A DNA stretch of 64,000 bases from Thermoanaerobaculia bacterium. GTDB taxonomy: Bacteria; Acidobacteriota; Thermoanaerobaculia; Multivoradales; JAIOJS01. Positions 27,061-36,020 of the stretch are shown here, piece by piece (position 1 is the first letter of the stretch; each line of letters begins with the position of its first letter). The stretch spans positions 13,334 to 77,333 of the forward strand of contig JAUIDB010000010.1 of the NCBI GenBank assembly GCA_030429235.1, in the 5' to 3' direction. Below the pieces are notes generated by a model, which had not been told where the DNA came from, made no database searches, and saw nothing but the letters and a program-made list of their open reading frames with translations. The translations under genes and the position numbers were made by a program.

Positions 27061-27792
27061 GTGCCGAGCGGTTTGCAGCCTCGGAGAGAGGAAGCGCCCG
27101 CCGCAGTTCCCGGAAGAGTCTGGGCTTTGCTCAGTGTCGTCTTGCTGCTCGATGGCTTCCTGGCAGTTCCGATGCTCGAGCAGTGGCGAGCGGGAAGCCT
27201 CCATCACGGGCTGCTTCTCTTTCTCCTGCCGTTTCATCTCTTCGCTCTGGGCTGGGTTCTCGAGCTTGTCTCGCGTTGCACTCTCGGGCGGTCACTCGAG
27301 CCGGAGGGCCTTTCGTTTGGTCGTGACGAGGCCATCGAGTGGGCGGAGTTCCATCGACTCGGTCCGATCAAGTTCGCACTGGGACTGCTGTTCGCGCTCG
27401 CCTTCGTACTGATGTTCTTTGCCTTCAGGGTGTCCAACGAGTCACTCGCGAGAGTCTGGCCGGTCCTTCTGTCTCTAGCCGTTGGGTTGTGGCTGGGGAA
27501 GGCTGTGTTCAACCGGCGCCGTTCCCGCCGGTATCTCTACTCCGCCGTGAAAGACTTGTTGACGCTTCCTGGAGGCGAGCAACTCGTGGCGTCGACTCTG
27601 AACCTACGGATCGAGGAGATCCAGTCTCCTCGCGGTGACAGAGTTCGCTGTCGCCCCGTACTCCTCGTCTGCGAAGATGGCCGCACGCGGCACATCCACC
27701 TTCCGTGGTCCTTTGGGCGGGAGACGAGCGAGCAGTTTGCCGACTGGTGGACCAGTCGCTGTGGTCAAGCGGCTGAGAGAGCTCTGCTCTGA
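27061..27792 (+). CDS. Hypothetical membrane protein
   Basis: GTG start with 3-4 predicted TM helices. The ORF 26572..27060 abuts it upstream. No domain recognised. Confidence 0.35.
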   Translation: MPSGLQPRREEAPAAVPGRVWALLSVVLLLDGFLAVPMLEQWRAGSLHHGLLLFLLPFHLFALGWVLELVSRCTLGRSLEPEGLSFGRDEAIEWAEFHRLGPIKFALGLLFALAFVLMFFAFRVSNESLARVWPVLLSLAVGLWLGKAVFNRRRSRRYLYSAVKDLLTLPGGEQLVASTLNLRIEEIQSPRGDRVRCRPVLLVCEDGRTRHIHLPWSFGRETSEQFADWWTSRCGQAAERALL

Positions 27793-27884
27793 TCCTGCTG
27801 GTTGCTAACGGAACGGAGTGTAGTCAGCGAGATCAGGCAACCTAGTCCACGATACCCGAGCCAACCGCGAACAAACGAGGAAGC

Positions 27885-28256
27885 ATGCGACCGAAGACCT
27901 TGATACTCGCCGCTCTAATGGTGATCGATGTCGGGGTCTTGCCGGTCACGGCTCAGGTCTTCGATCTCGTCATCACCAAGGGTCGAGTCTTGGATCCAGA
28001 GTCCGGGCTCGACGCGATGCGCAACGTGGCCCGCGCTCGATCCCGATTTCTCGGGGTGCGACCCCCCATGCCGGCTTCTAGGTCGATGATCGAGACGCCG
28101 CGAGTCAGCGGATCCTGCTCTTCGGGTCGAGCGGTTGGTCCCCGGTCCGAGACCGGAGATCCAAGACACCGCAACCAGTATCAGCAGGCTCGCCCGCAAT
28201 CCACCTTCCGGTCGATGCGCTACAGAACCTCCTTGAAGCTGCCATCGCCGCCGTAG
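27885..28256 (+). pseudogene. Amidohydrolase gene remnant: only the N-terminal ~47 codons retain similarity
   Basis: Signal peptide plus 'VFDLVITKGRVLDPESGLDAMRNVA' is a typical amidohydrolase N-terminus (compare the C-terminal domain of the 51424 gene). After that the frame yields unrelated Arg/Ser-rich sequence and runs into the convergent gene at 28220. Confidence 0.35.
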
Positions 28257-29596
28257 CGAAGCTGCTTTCCGCTGTCGAACGTAACGACAGTGTAGGCGGT
28301 GCCGCAGGGGGTTTGCCCAACGGTAATCTGGAGGAGGCTGCTTCTGGATCCAACCCTTCCTTGGGCGTCATCCAACAAGAGAGGCAGGGCTTCCAGTTTG
28401 AACGCCCCGGGGGTCATGCCCTGCTTGCAACTCAGCCACTGGGTATCCACGGCGGTGGGACCTGAGATCTCACCCGCCCTCCAACTCCACTGCTCGACCC
28501 CACCTTCGGCCTCAACCGAGAGGCTTAGGAAAGACGGTGGCATGGCTAGAGCACTTACTATCTCGGGTCCCGGGCCGACCCTCTCGAGCAGGGCGGTCGC
28601 CGCGTCTAGTAGGTCTCTAGCGACCGGAGAGAAGCCCTCGACGGAGTGGGTACCCGAGTGTTGGCTTCTGCTGGCGGATCCCACCACGACCTCGATCAGG
28701 CTCGTCGGGGCTTGCGCGACCACCCTGGGATCTTCGATCATTTTCCCCAACATCGCTTTCGGTAGAGGTTCCGCGATCGGCACATCGTAGTGGATCGTCA
28801 GCTCCGCGAATCGTGGCACGACATCGACTTCGCCCCGGGCCACGACGCCGTAGAAACCGACGCGCTTGAACGACTTGCCCTTCCGCTCGATGTAGGTGGT
28901 CACCGTCGGATCGCGAGCGAGCTGACGCCCCTGAGCATCAAACGCCCGGATGGGACCCATCTCTGAGAAGGGCGCGGCCTCCGGCAAGATCGCGGTCTCC
29001 ACCTCGAGGAAGGCCCCATCGACACGAGCCACTGATTCCTCATCTCCCCGGGTGGATCGAGTCTCCACTACGACTGGGTAGCGAACAGAGATCGTCCCGA
29101 CCACCCTCGCAAACTCGGCCGGCCCCTCGCCCGCCTCATCGAGAAAACGGATCTCGGCGATCTGCGACTCGGAGTCGTGCAGACCTCGCTCCAACTCAAA
29201 GGCGACCTCGTTCTCCGCAGCGTCGAGCAGGCGAGGTTCGAGCATCTCGATCTCTGCGTAGGTGCTGTTGGCTACCGCCGGTAGATGCAGTTGTAGTTCC
29301 GGCGTGTTGAACCCAAGAACGGCGTTGTTGCGGGTCGAAACGACGAGGAACGCTGATCGTAGATCCTCGTCGGTCCACTCGACAAAGCCGGGCTCGACAG
29401 GTGGATCGACAAACTGTGGGTTGTTGTCTTGTAGCGAGTCAAGCGCTCGTCCGGAGCTCACAACCAGGAAGAACAGAGTGAGAACTACCGCTACGTGGCC
29501 TAGGGGGTTGCTCTCGACAAGTTTCCGACGGAGGCTCCGGGGCCTCTGGTCTAGAGTCGTCGGTCCGTCTTCCGCGGGACAAGTTGAGGCGTTCAT
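28220..29596 (-). CDS. Hypothetical signal-anchored or secreted protein (458 aa)
   Basis: ATG at 29596 with a TM/signal segment 'VAVVLTLFFLVVSSGRA'. No recognisable domain. Lies in the lower-GC region. Confidence 0.5.
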   Translation of the reverse strand: MNASTCPAEDGPTTLDQRPRSLRRKLVESNPLGHVAVVLTLFFLVVSSGRALDSLQDNNPQFVDPPVEPGFVEWTDEDLRSAFLVVSTRNNAVLGFNTPELQLHLPAVANSTYAEIEMLEPRLLDAAENEVAFELERGLHDSESQIAEIRFLDEAGEGPAEFARVVGTISVRYPVVVETRSTRGDEESVARVDGAFLEVETAILPEAAPFSEMGPIRAFDAQGRQLARDPTVTTYIERKGKSFKRVGFYGVVARGEVDVVPRFAELTIHYDVPIAEPLPKAMLGKMIEDPRVVAQAPTSLIEVVVGSASRSQHSGTHSVEGFSPVARDLLDAATALLERVGPGPEIVSALAMPPSFLSLSVEAEGGVEQWSWRAGEISGPTAVDTQWLSCKQGMTPGAFKLEALPLLLDDAQGRVGSRSSLLQITVGQTPCGTAYTVVTFDSGKQLRYGGDGSFKEVL

Positions 29597-30064
29597 GACT
29601 CTAGAAACGCCGCGGTAGCTTGAAACGCACAGTTGCCTCGACTTCTCGAGCGACCGCCTGAACCGTCGGGTTCCAAGAGTCGTACCCGACGGCAGTGGTT
29701 GAAGTTCCAGGTCAGATGTGACCCGTGTGGGCAGGTCTGTGTCCTGGCGTCGCGGAGGTTGGAGCGTTGAGGTTCGCTGGCGGGTCTTCGGGCACTCGTC
29801 AGCTCAGTTCGTCAGCTCAACCGAGTCCGCGGAGCGCTCGATCGCCGACGAACGTCGTGACGCTGGGTCGCTGAGTTGCGGCCGAGGTGGCAGGGCTCGC
29901 GAAACAGTCGTTTGGCCGTGAGGTGTGCGGTTTCAACCGGATCGTCGTTTCGATGGGTGTACGCGGTCAGATCGACGGTTGGCTGGCGGAGCTCACAGCG
30001 CCGCTCGGTACCCAGATCGGACCTCTCGGAATCGTCGATCTGGTTATTCCTCTAGGAGTTCACA

Positions 30065-32230
30065 GTGAGTACACCACGCCTCGTCTTGCTCGGCAGCCTT
30101 GCCGTCCTCCTCCTCACCACTCCGGCGCTGATGGCTGGGGTCATCACCGTCGACACCGCCCTCGGCACGCGAGTGGACGACATGGGCGATGGCCCCTGCT
30201 CCTTCAAGGAGGCCCTGGCGAATGCCTTCGGGTCGATGCAGCAGTTCGACGATTGCGAGGACCCCGGGATGGCGCCCCACACCATCGTGTTCACGGGGGC
30301 CTTCGTGATCAATATGGACGATACCGGCTCGATCGCGAACGTGGTGAACGAACTGACCATTCAGGGGCCGGTGGTTTTGGACGGAAACAATCAGATGCAC
30401 GGGGGATTCCTCCTCGATGCGGCCAGTTCGGCCATCCTCACCGTCAACCAGGTGACGTTTCAGGACAACGGCGCGAGCGCGATCAACGTGCGGGACAGCG
30501 CCACGCTGACGGTGAACGCGAGCGTCTTCGACAACAACCAGGCCAACAACGGAGGCGCGATCCAGGCCGGAGGTAGCGGTTCGGTGACGGTCAATCTGTC
30601 GAACTTCACCCGCAACGATGCCACCTTCTTCGGCGGGGCGATCTTCAAGGGCAATGGGTGCGAACTGTTCGTCAGCGGCTCCAACTTCGGCGGACCGATG
30701 CTCGGTAACGAGGCCGACCAGGGGGGAGCGATCTACATCGCGGGCGCGGCCACCGGCGAAGGGGTGGTGATCACGGGATCGACGTTCCTCGGGAACTCCT
30801 CCGACGGCACCGATACCAACGACGGGGGTGGGGCGATCTACATCCAGGGCGCGGGGAACGGCTCCTACATCTCGATCTTCGGCGGTGCTTTCGGCTCCTC
30901 GGTGCCGCTGACCGGTAACAGTGCGATGAGCCGCGGTGGAGCGATCTACAACAACGCCACCTCGGGGCTGGTGAACAGCGACCCCACCGACATTCTCGAC
31001 GCGGGGATCATCGGCGTGGAGTTCGTGGGCAACAGCGCCGGTGATCGGGGCGGAGCGATCTACAACCGCGGGTCGATGAATGTCTTCCACGCTACCTTCG
31101 ATGGCAACAGTGCCGTCGGCGGGGGAGCGGTGGCCGACGACCAGCAGATTTCGGGCCGGGAGTTGACGATCTCGAACTCGACCTTCAATGGCAACAGCGC
31201 TTCGGGTGACGGGGGAGGACTCGGCAGCTTCGACTCCGACTCCAACGTGATCCTGCGGAATGTCACCCTCGCTGGGAACAGCGCTTCGACGAGTGGCCGC
31301 GAACTCTTCGCGACCGGCGACATCGACCTTGGCAACGTGCTGATCGCCAACGGGTCGGCCGGCGCCAACTGCGCCGGGGGCGGGACCTTCGTCGACTCGA
31401 TGGGCAACTTGCAGTGGGATCCGACCATGGACACCGGCTGTGGAGCGGCGATCCCCGTGGCTGATCCTCTGCTCGCGGCGCTGACCTTGAATCCGGGGCC
31501 GATCCCGGTCCGCACCATGGCCCTCGGAGCGGGGAGTCCGGCGCTGGGAGCCGGTGTACCGGCGATCTGTTCGGCCCTGCCGGTCTTCATGCTCGACGCT
31601 CGCGGGGTGCCGCGCCCTACCGCCTGTGATAGCGGAGCCTTCGAAGGTGGCGATGCGGCCCGGCTGGTCATCAACGAGATCGACTACGACCAGGGAGGGA
31701 CCGACGATCACGAGTTCATCGAGATCTACAACGGCGGTGCGGCCTCGATCAACCTCGACAACGTCAGTCTGGAGTTGGTGGACGGCAACATGGGGACGGC
31801 GAGTCTGTACGCGCCGTCGCCGATCGACCTGCCCAACGCCGACCTTGGTCCGGGCGAGTACTACGTCGTGTGTGGTCAGACCGGTCTCGGGATTCCGCTG
31901 ATCAACTGCGACCTCGACCTCGCGACCGACGATTTCCTGCAGGACGGCGATCCGGATGCAATCGGACTGCGGCTTTCGGGGCTTCTGATCGACGCCGTGA
32001 GCTACGGTGGCGCCGATACCGGGGCGCCCTACACCGAGACCGCGGGTGCCGGCGACGACCCCGGTGGTACTCCGTTCCTCGGCCTCTCGCGGTTGCCCGA
32101 TGGCGCCGACAGCGATGACAACTCGGCCGACTTTTCGAGCCGTTGTGCCACGCCGAAGGAGGCCAACGTGCCGGACGCGACGTCCTGTTCGATGGTCCCC
32201 GTGGAACTGCTCGGTTTCTCGGTCGAGTAG
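30065..32230 (+). CDS. Secreted right-handed beta-helix (Pmp/'GGAIY' repeat) protein with a C-terminal lamin-tail domain (LTD)
   Basis: GTG start with an AGGAG RBS and a signal peptide. Multiple 'GGAIY(I/N)..' polymorphic-membrane-protein-like repeats are present. The LTD signature is 'VINEIDYDQGGTDDHEFIEIYNGGAASINLDNVSLELVDGNMG...GPGEYYVV'. It ends ...CSMVPVELLGFSVE. Confidence 0.75.
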   Translation: MSTPRLVLLGSLAVLLLTTPALMAGVITVDTALGTRVDDMGDGPCSFKEALANAFGSMQQFDDCEDPGMAPHTIVFTGAFVINMDDTGSIANVVNELTIQGPVVLDGNNQMHGGFLLDAASSAILTVNQVTFQDNGASAINVRDSATLTVNASVFDNNQANNGGAIQAGGSGSVTVNLSNFTRNDATFFGGAIFKGNGCELFVSGSNFGGPMLGNEADQGGAIYIAGAATGEGVVITGSTFLGNSSDGTDTNDGGGAIYIQGAGNGSYISIFGGAFGSSVPLTGNSAMSRGGAIYNNATSGLVNSDPTDILDAGIIGVEFVGNSAGDRGGAIYNRGSMNVFHATFDGNSAVGGGAVADDQQISGRELTISNSTFNGNSASGDGGGLGSFDSDSNVILRNVTLAGNSASTSGRELFATGDIDLGNVLIANGSAGANCAGGGTFVDSMGNLQWDPTMDTGCGAAIPVADPLLAALTLNPGPIPVRTMALGAGSPALGAGVPAICSALPVFMLDARGVPRPTACDSGAFEGGDAARLVINEIDYDQGGTDDHEFIEIYNGGAASINLDNVSLELVDGNMGTASLYAPSPIDLPNADLGPGEYYVVCGQTGLGIPLINCDLDLATDDFLQDGDPDAIGLRLSGLLIDAVSYGGADTGAPYTETAGAGDDPGGTPFLGLSRLPDGADSDDNSADFSSRCATPKEANVPDATSCSMVPVELLGFSVE

Positions 32231-32322
32231 TCGCAAGATCCTCCGCGCCCGGCACGGAACGCAACCCGCCGTTGTCCGTAGGGTATTCTGAGGGAAACGA
32301 GCCACCCGGTCTCGGAGGATCC

Positions 32323-32829
32323 ATGGGCAATCACCAGCGCAGTCTCTTCGTCGTCCCCTTCCTCGCCTTCGTCCTGCTCCAAGGGCAGAGTCAGGCGGGG
32401 GAGCGCGTGGAGACCTTGCAGGATCTGAAACCGAAACTGGAGGCCCTACTCGAGGGGATCGAGGGCACTTCGGTGTCGCTCCATCCCTGGGGTCTAGCAG
32501 CGGAGTACCGCGTGCAGGAGTTCCAGGTGCACGGCGTCTCGCGAGACGGGGTGGTGGCCGAAGCTCCGCACACGGTGCGAGGACCCAACCAGGGAGGGTT
32601 CCTCCTGCGCGTCCGGGTGCAAGACGGGCCGCGCTACCAGGGTCCCATCGCGCTCTCGAGCGAAGGGTTCGGGGCGCTGCGAGAGCCCTACTGGATGACC
32701 CAGGTGCGGGAGATCCCGCTCCCGGGAGGACAGCACCACGCGTGGGTGGCCCTGGCGCAGGGCGCCAAGGTGGACCAGGAGCTGATGGCCAGGATCCACG
32801 CAGTGGTGCACCGACACCTGACCGAGTAG
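32323..32829 (+). CDS. Small secreted hypothetical protein
   Basis: ATG at 32323 with a GGAGGA RBS and a signal peptide 'LFVVPFLAFVLLQGQSQA'. No domain recognised. Confidence 0.55.
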   Translation: MGNHQRSLFVVPFLAFVLLQGQSQAGERVETLQDLKPKLEALLEGIEGTSVSLHPWGLAAEYRVQEFQVHGVSRDGVVAEAPHTVRGPNQGGFLLRVRVQDGPRYQGPIALSSEGFGALREPYWMTQVREIPLPGGQHHAWVALAQGAKVDQELMARIHAVVHRHLTE

Positions 32830-32896
32830 CGATCGCGGCAACGAATCAGCGTGGGGATTCCGAATCGAAGCCTCGCGGTCGACTCGGCCCCAGGCT

Positions 32897-33334
32897 CTAC
32901 TGCTCGACCTGGATCGACTTCAAGAAGGCCACCAGATCGTCGATCTTGGCCGAGATCTCTTCGTCGTCGGCCTCCTCGAAGGCGACCTTGAAGGCGTTGC
33001 CCCAGACCGGCATGTCCGGGCTACCGTGCGCCGGGCGGCGCTCGCGGCCGTCGATGATCTCGTGGATCGTCTGGGTGGGAAACTCGCCGTCGTAGCGAGT
33101 GACGATCCCGGTCAGGTCGGCCGGTTTGGGCTCGAGATACTCGGCCACCGGACCGTCTCCTTCACCCTGCTTCCCGTGGCAACTACCGCAGTAGTTCACG
33201 TAGGTGGCGTGTCCACGGACGGCCGAAGCGGACTCCATCTCGTCGGCGCCGACCGGGCCGCTGGCGACCCAGCTCCCGATCCCTACCACCACGGCCACGA
33301 TCATCAGGATCCAACGCGTCGTGCGAGCTCCCAT
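32897..33334 (-). CDS. Mono-haem c-type cytochrome, periplasmic
   Basis: A 'CGSCHG' CxxCH haem-binding motif sits after a signal peptide. The ATG at 33334 has a GGAGA RBS. The ORF could instead start at the GTG at 33403. Confidence 0.75.
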   Translation of the reverse strand: MGARTTRWILMIVAVVVGIGSWVASGPVGADEMESASAVRGHATYVNYCGSCHGKQGEGDGPVAEYLEPKPADLTGIVTRYDGEFPTQTIHEIIDGRERRPAHGSPDMPVWGNAFKVAFEEADDEEISAKIDDLVAFLKSIQVEQ

Positions 33335-33482
33335 CTCTGATCTCCTCTGGGTTGATTGTGGTGGATCTAGGATACACCCCTCCTGCCTCCCGTGGGATTG
33401 CACGGGCGAGGGTGGAGCTGACTTGGCAGGGTCGCCGTCGCGTTGCTATCGTCGCGGTACACAACCGAGGAGCCGAGAGTGG

Positions 33483-33719
33483 ATGCATAGCAGCCGATTG
33501 GAGTTCTGGGAGCGCTTGACACGCTGCTTCGAGGAGGACGAACTGCAGATCCTCGTGACTGGCACGACCAGCCCGGCGGTCAAGGTCGTCCACCGTCCCA
33601 CGGGGATCGAGACCACCTGCGACCAGCACAACTCGCAGATTTTCAATCGGTCGCAGGCGGCTCTCGACCTCCTGCAGCGGCTCTTCCGGGAGTCGGTGGC
33701 CGAGGACCCGGTCGCGTGA
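33483..33719 (+). CDS. Small hypothetical protein (78 aa)
   Basis: ATG with a GAGGAG RBS ~10 nt upstream. Divergent from the cytochrome c gene. No known domain. Confidence 0.3.
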   Translation: MHSSRLEFWERLTRCFEEDELQILVTGTTSPAVKVVHRPTGIETTCDQHNSQIFNRSQAALDLLQRLFRESVAEDPVA

Positions 33720-33801
33720 ACCCCCGGCTCGAGGTTCACCAACCCAGCCAACAGAAGACCACCTTGGTGCCGGCGAGCATCACTTCCGAGAGGACCTACC
33801 C

Positions 33802-34590
33802 ATGACGGACCCCTTCATCCCCCGCGTCGGCGGCGTGCTGAGCGCCGACATCGCCGTTCCCGACCACGAGCGAGAGGTGCGCTTCTACTCTCGGGTCCTC
33901 ACCACCGGCGAGAACCCGTTGTGGCGCGACGACCTGATGAACAACCGGGGTATGCCAGTCATCGGTCTCGGCGCGTACAGCGAAGAGTACGGTGATCTCC
34001 CCTTGCAGTGGATGCCCCACATCCAGGTCGAGGACGTTGCCGCCTGCGTGGCGCGGGTTCTCGAACGGGGTGGAAGTGAAGTGATGCATGCCAAGGACGA
34101 CGACGGGGCCAGCCAGTGGGCGGTGCTCCTGGACCCGAACGGCGCGGCGTTTGGGGTCATGCCAGTGGTATCGGTCGACGCGATGCCGCCGACAGACCCC
34201 TCCGCCAGTTCCGGTCCCGTGGGGTGTATCTCGTGGCTCGATCTGACGGTTGCCGATGCCTCGACCACGCGGGACTTCTATCAGCACGTCGTGGGTTGGG
34301 AAGTGCAGGACGTGGCGATGCGCGACGGCGAGGAGTCCTATGCCGACTACAACATGCTGGGGGGCGATGGATCCCCGGCCGCGGGGGTCTGCCACGCTCG
34401 GGGTGGCAATCTCGGCCTGCCGTCGGTGTGGTTGCTCTACCTGCCGGTAGGGGATCTCGCCGAGAGTCTACGCCGGGTGGAAGAGGAAGGGGGGAGCGTG
34501 GTCAAGGCGTCTCGAGGCAAGGACGGGGAGTACTCCTGGGCGGTCATCGAGGACCCGGTGGGAGTGCACCTGGCGCTGATGGCGGGATAG
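33802..34590 (+). CDS. VOC-family (glyoxalase/bleomycin-resistance/dioxygenase fold) two-domain protein
   Basis: Two tandem glyoxalase-like modules ('VGGVLSADIAVPDHEREVRFYSRVL', 'ISWLDLTVADASTTRDFYQHVVGWEV'). ATG with a GAGAGGA RBS. Confidence 0.7.
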   Translation: MTDPFIPRVGGVLSADIAVPDHEREVRFYSRVLTTGENPLWRDDLMNNRGMPVIGLGAYSEEYGDLPLQWMPHIQVEDVAACVARVLERGGSEVMHAKDDDGASQWAVLLDPNGAAFGVMPVVSVDAMPPTDPSASSGPVGCISWLDLTVADASTTRDFYQHVVGWEVQDVAMRDGEESYADYNMLGGDGSPAAGVCHARGGNLGLPSVWLLYLPVGDLAESLRRVEEEGGSVVKASRGKDGEYSWAVIEDPVGVHLALMAG

Positions 34591-34625
34591 GCCACCGTCC
34601 GGGTGGCGGTGGGATCGAAGCTGGT

Positions 34626-35303
34626 TCAGCTCGGGGTCGGCGCGGAAGCCGGGGGCCACAGGTTGCGTCCCAGCTTGGTCGACAGCCACTCCAGGCCGCC
34701 GCGCCAGCCCGTGAAGCGAATCCCGGTCTCGACGCGGGCGAGCAGTACGCAGCCTTCGTCGGCTTCGGTGGCGGGTCGGTGGCTCGAACCCGCCTCGTAC
34801 CGCACGAAGTCGCCCGCCTCGACCAGGAGCTGGTCGTCGCGATAGCCGCCGGTGAGGACCAGGGTCTCCTCGGAGCCGAGGTGCTGGTGGGTCGGGAAAC
34901 GCCGGTCGGCACCGGCTCGAGCCGCCACCAGGAAGTACTCGTCCTCGCGGGCCAGAATCGCTACCTCCACCCCCCGAGTCAAAGGCGATCGCCAGCGCGG
35001 CGAACCCTGCCAGGGGAGGCTACCCGTCCGCCACTCGCGAGGTAGAGGCAGCCCGCCATCGGTGGTGCCCGGCGAGTCGTCGAGGCTCCTTGCCAGGCGC
35101 TCCCAGATCGTCGGTGGCGGCGCGGCTTCCCGAACTCCTTCGAGCCAATGCTGTCCGGGGGCTTGCAGCGCGTCCAGTTCCGAGCGGCAGGCGGCGCAGA
35201 GATCGAGATGGCAGTCGATCAGAAAGCGGCGCGGCAGGTCGACCTGGCCGGCGGAGTAGTCGATCAGTAGATCCGCAGAGGGGTGGTGGCGGGGGATCCT
35301 CAT
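34626..35303 (-). CDS. chrR: ChrR-type anti-sigma factor (N-terminal zinc-binding ASD plus C-terminal cupin)
   Basis: The anti-sigma domain 'HHPSADLLIDYSAGQ...CHLDLCAACR' carries the HxxxCxxC motif. A cupin-like C-terminal domain follows. It is immediately downstream of an ECF sigma with a 1-nt gap. Confidence 0.75.
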   Translation of the reverse strand: MRIPRHHPSADLLIDYSAGQVDLPRRFLIDCHLDLCAACRSELDALQAPGQHWLEGVREAAPPPTIWERLARSLDDSPGTTDGGLPLPREWRTGSLPWQGSPRWRSPLTRGVEVAILAREDEYFLVAARAGADRRFPTHQHLGSEETLVLTGGYRDDQLLVEAGDFVRYEAGSSHRPATEADEGCVLLARVETGIRFTGWRGGLEWLSTKLGRNLWPPASAPTPS

Positions 35304-35304
35304 C

Positions 35305-35844
35305 CTATCGATTCTCCAGGTGTTGTCTCAGTCGGTTCAGGCCGCTCCGAACCCTCGACTTGAGGGTGCCGAGAGGGAGCTCGAGACGGCGCGCCGTCTC
35401 CTCGTAGGTCAGCCCGCCGAAGTAGGCGAGCTCGAGGGCGCTGCGCTGCCCGTCGTCCAGCTGACCGAGAGCCTGTACCACAGCGAGACGGGTCTCGAGA
35501 GAGAGCCGCAAGGGTGGTTGGATCGGCTCCGATTCCAAGGCGCTGGTGGGACGACGTCCCTGGTAGCGCAGGCGATCGAACCACTTGTTGCGGGCGATGG
35601 TGAAGAGCCAGCCGGCGGCGACTCCGCGCCGGGCATCGAAGGTCGTGGCTCGGTCCCAGACGGCGAGAAAGACGTCCTGGAGCAGGTCGTCGACGTCAGT
35701 CTTCGCTGCACCGAGGCTGCTCAGGTAGGCGGCGATGCGACCGCCGTACCGCTCGTAGAAGGTCGCAAAGGCGTGGCGGTCGCCGCTGGCGACGCGTCGC
35801 AGCAGCTCCTGGTCATCGATCGTCGGTGTGGGCAAGGGAATCAC
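35305..35844 (-). CDS. ECF (sigma-70 family, group IV) RNA polymerase sigma factor
   Basis: Region 2 is 'DDLLQDVFLAVWDRATTFDARRGVAAGWLFTIARNKWFDRLR'. Region 4 is 'ELAYFGGLTYEETARRLELPLGTLKSRVRSGLNRLR'. GTG start. Confidence 0.85.
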   Translation of the reverse strand: MIPLPTPTIDDQELLRRVASGDRHAFATFYERYGGRIAAYLSSLGAAKTDVDDLLQDVFLAVWDRATTFDARRGVAAGWLFTIARNKWFDRLRYQGRRPTSALESEPIQPPLRLSLETRLAVVQALGQLDDGQRSALELAYFGGLTYEETARRLELPLGTLKSRVRSGLNRLRQHLENR

Positions 35845-36020
35845 AGTATGGCATCTCCGAGGGCCACAAAGTCGCTGCTTTCGGCAGGCTTGTCGATCCG
35901 TCCTACGTCGGCGGGGTGGATTTGGATGAAGTCATCTATCGCGGGCATCGTGGCGTAGACCTCCATGAAGCCACCGATCCACCGCGTGCGCCGCGCACCA
36001 TCTTCAAGGAGTTCCTGCCG

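Noticed and set aside
32195-32230. Possibility that 30065..32230 is frameshift-truncated because it ends exactly on the PVELLGFSVE motif
   Set aside because: No continuing homologous frame is visible downstream. The next gene has its own strong RBS and signal peptide. Recorded only as a motif observation.
30044-32305. 753-aa ORF on the minus strand opposite the beta-helix/LTD gene
   Set aside because: It is Arg/Gly/Pro-rich low-complexity translation, typical of antisense frames in high-GC DNA. The plus-strand frame has clear Pmp repeats, an LTD, an RBS and a signal peptide.
33204-33482. Upstream part of ORF 33204..33719
   Set aside because: It overlaps the cytochrome c gene on the opposite strand. 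Only the distal 78 codons (from the ATG at 33483 with an RBS) are retained, as a low-confidence small gene.
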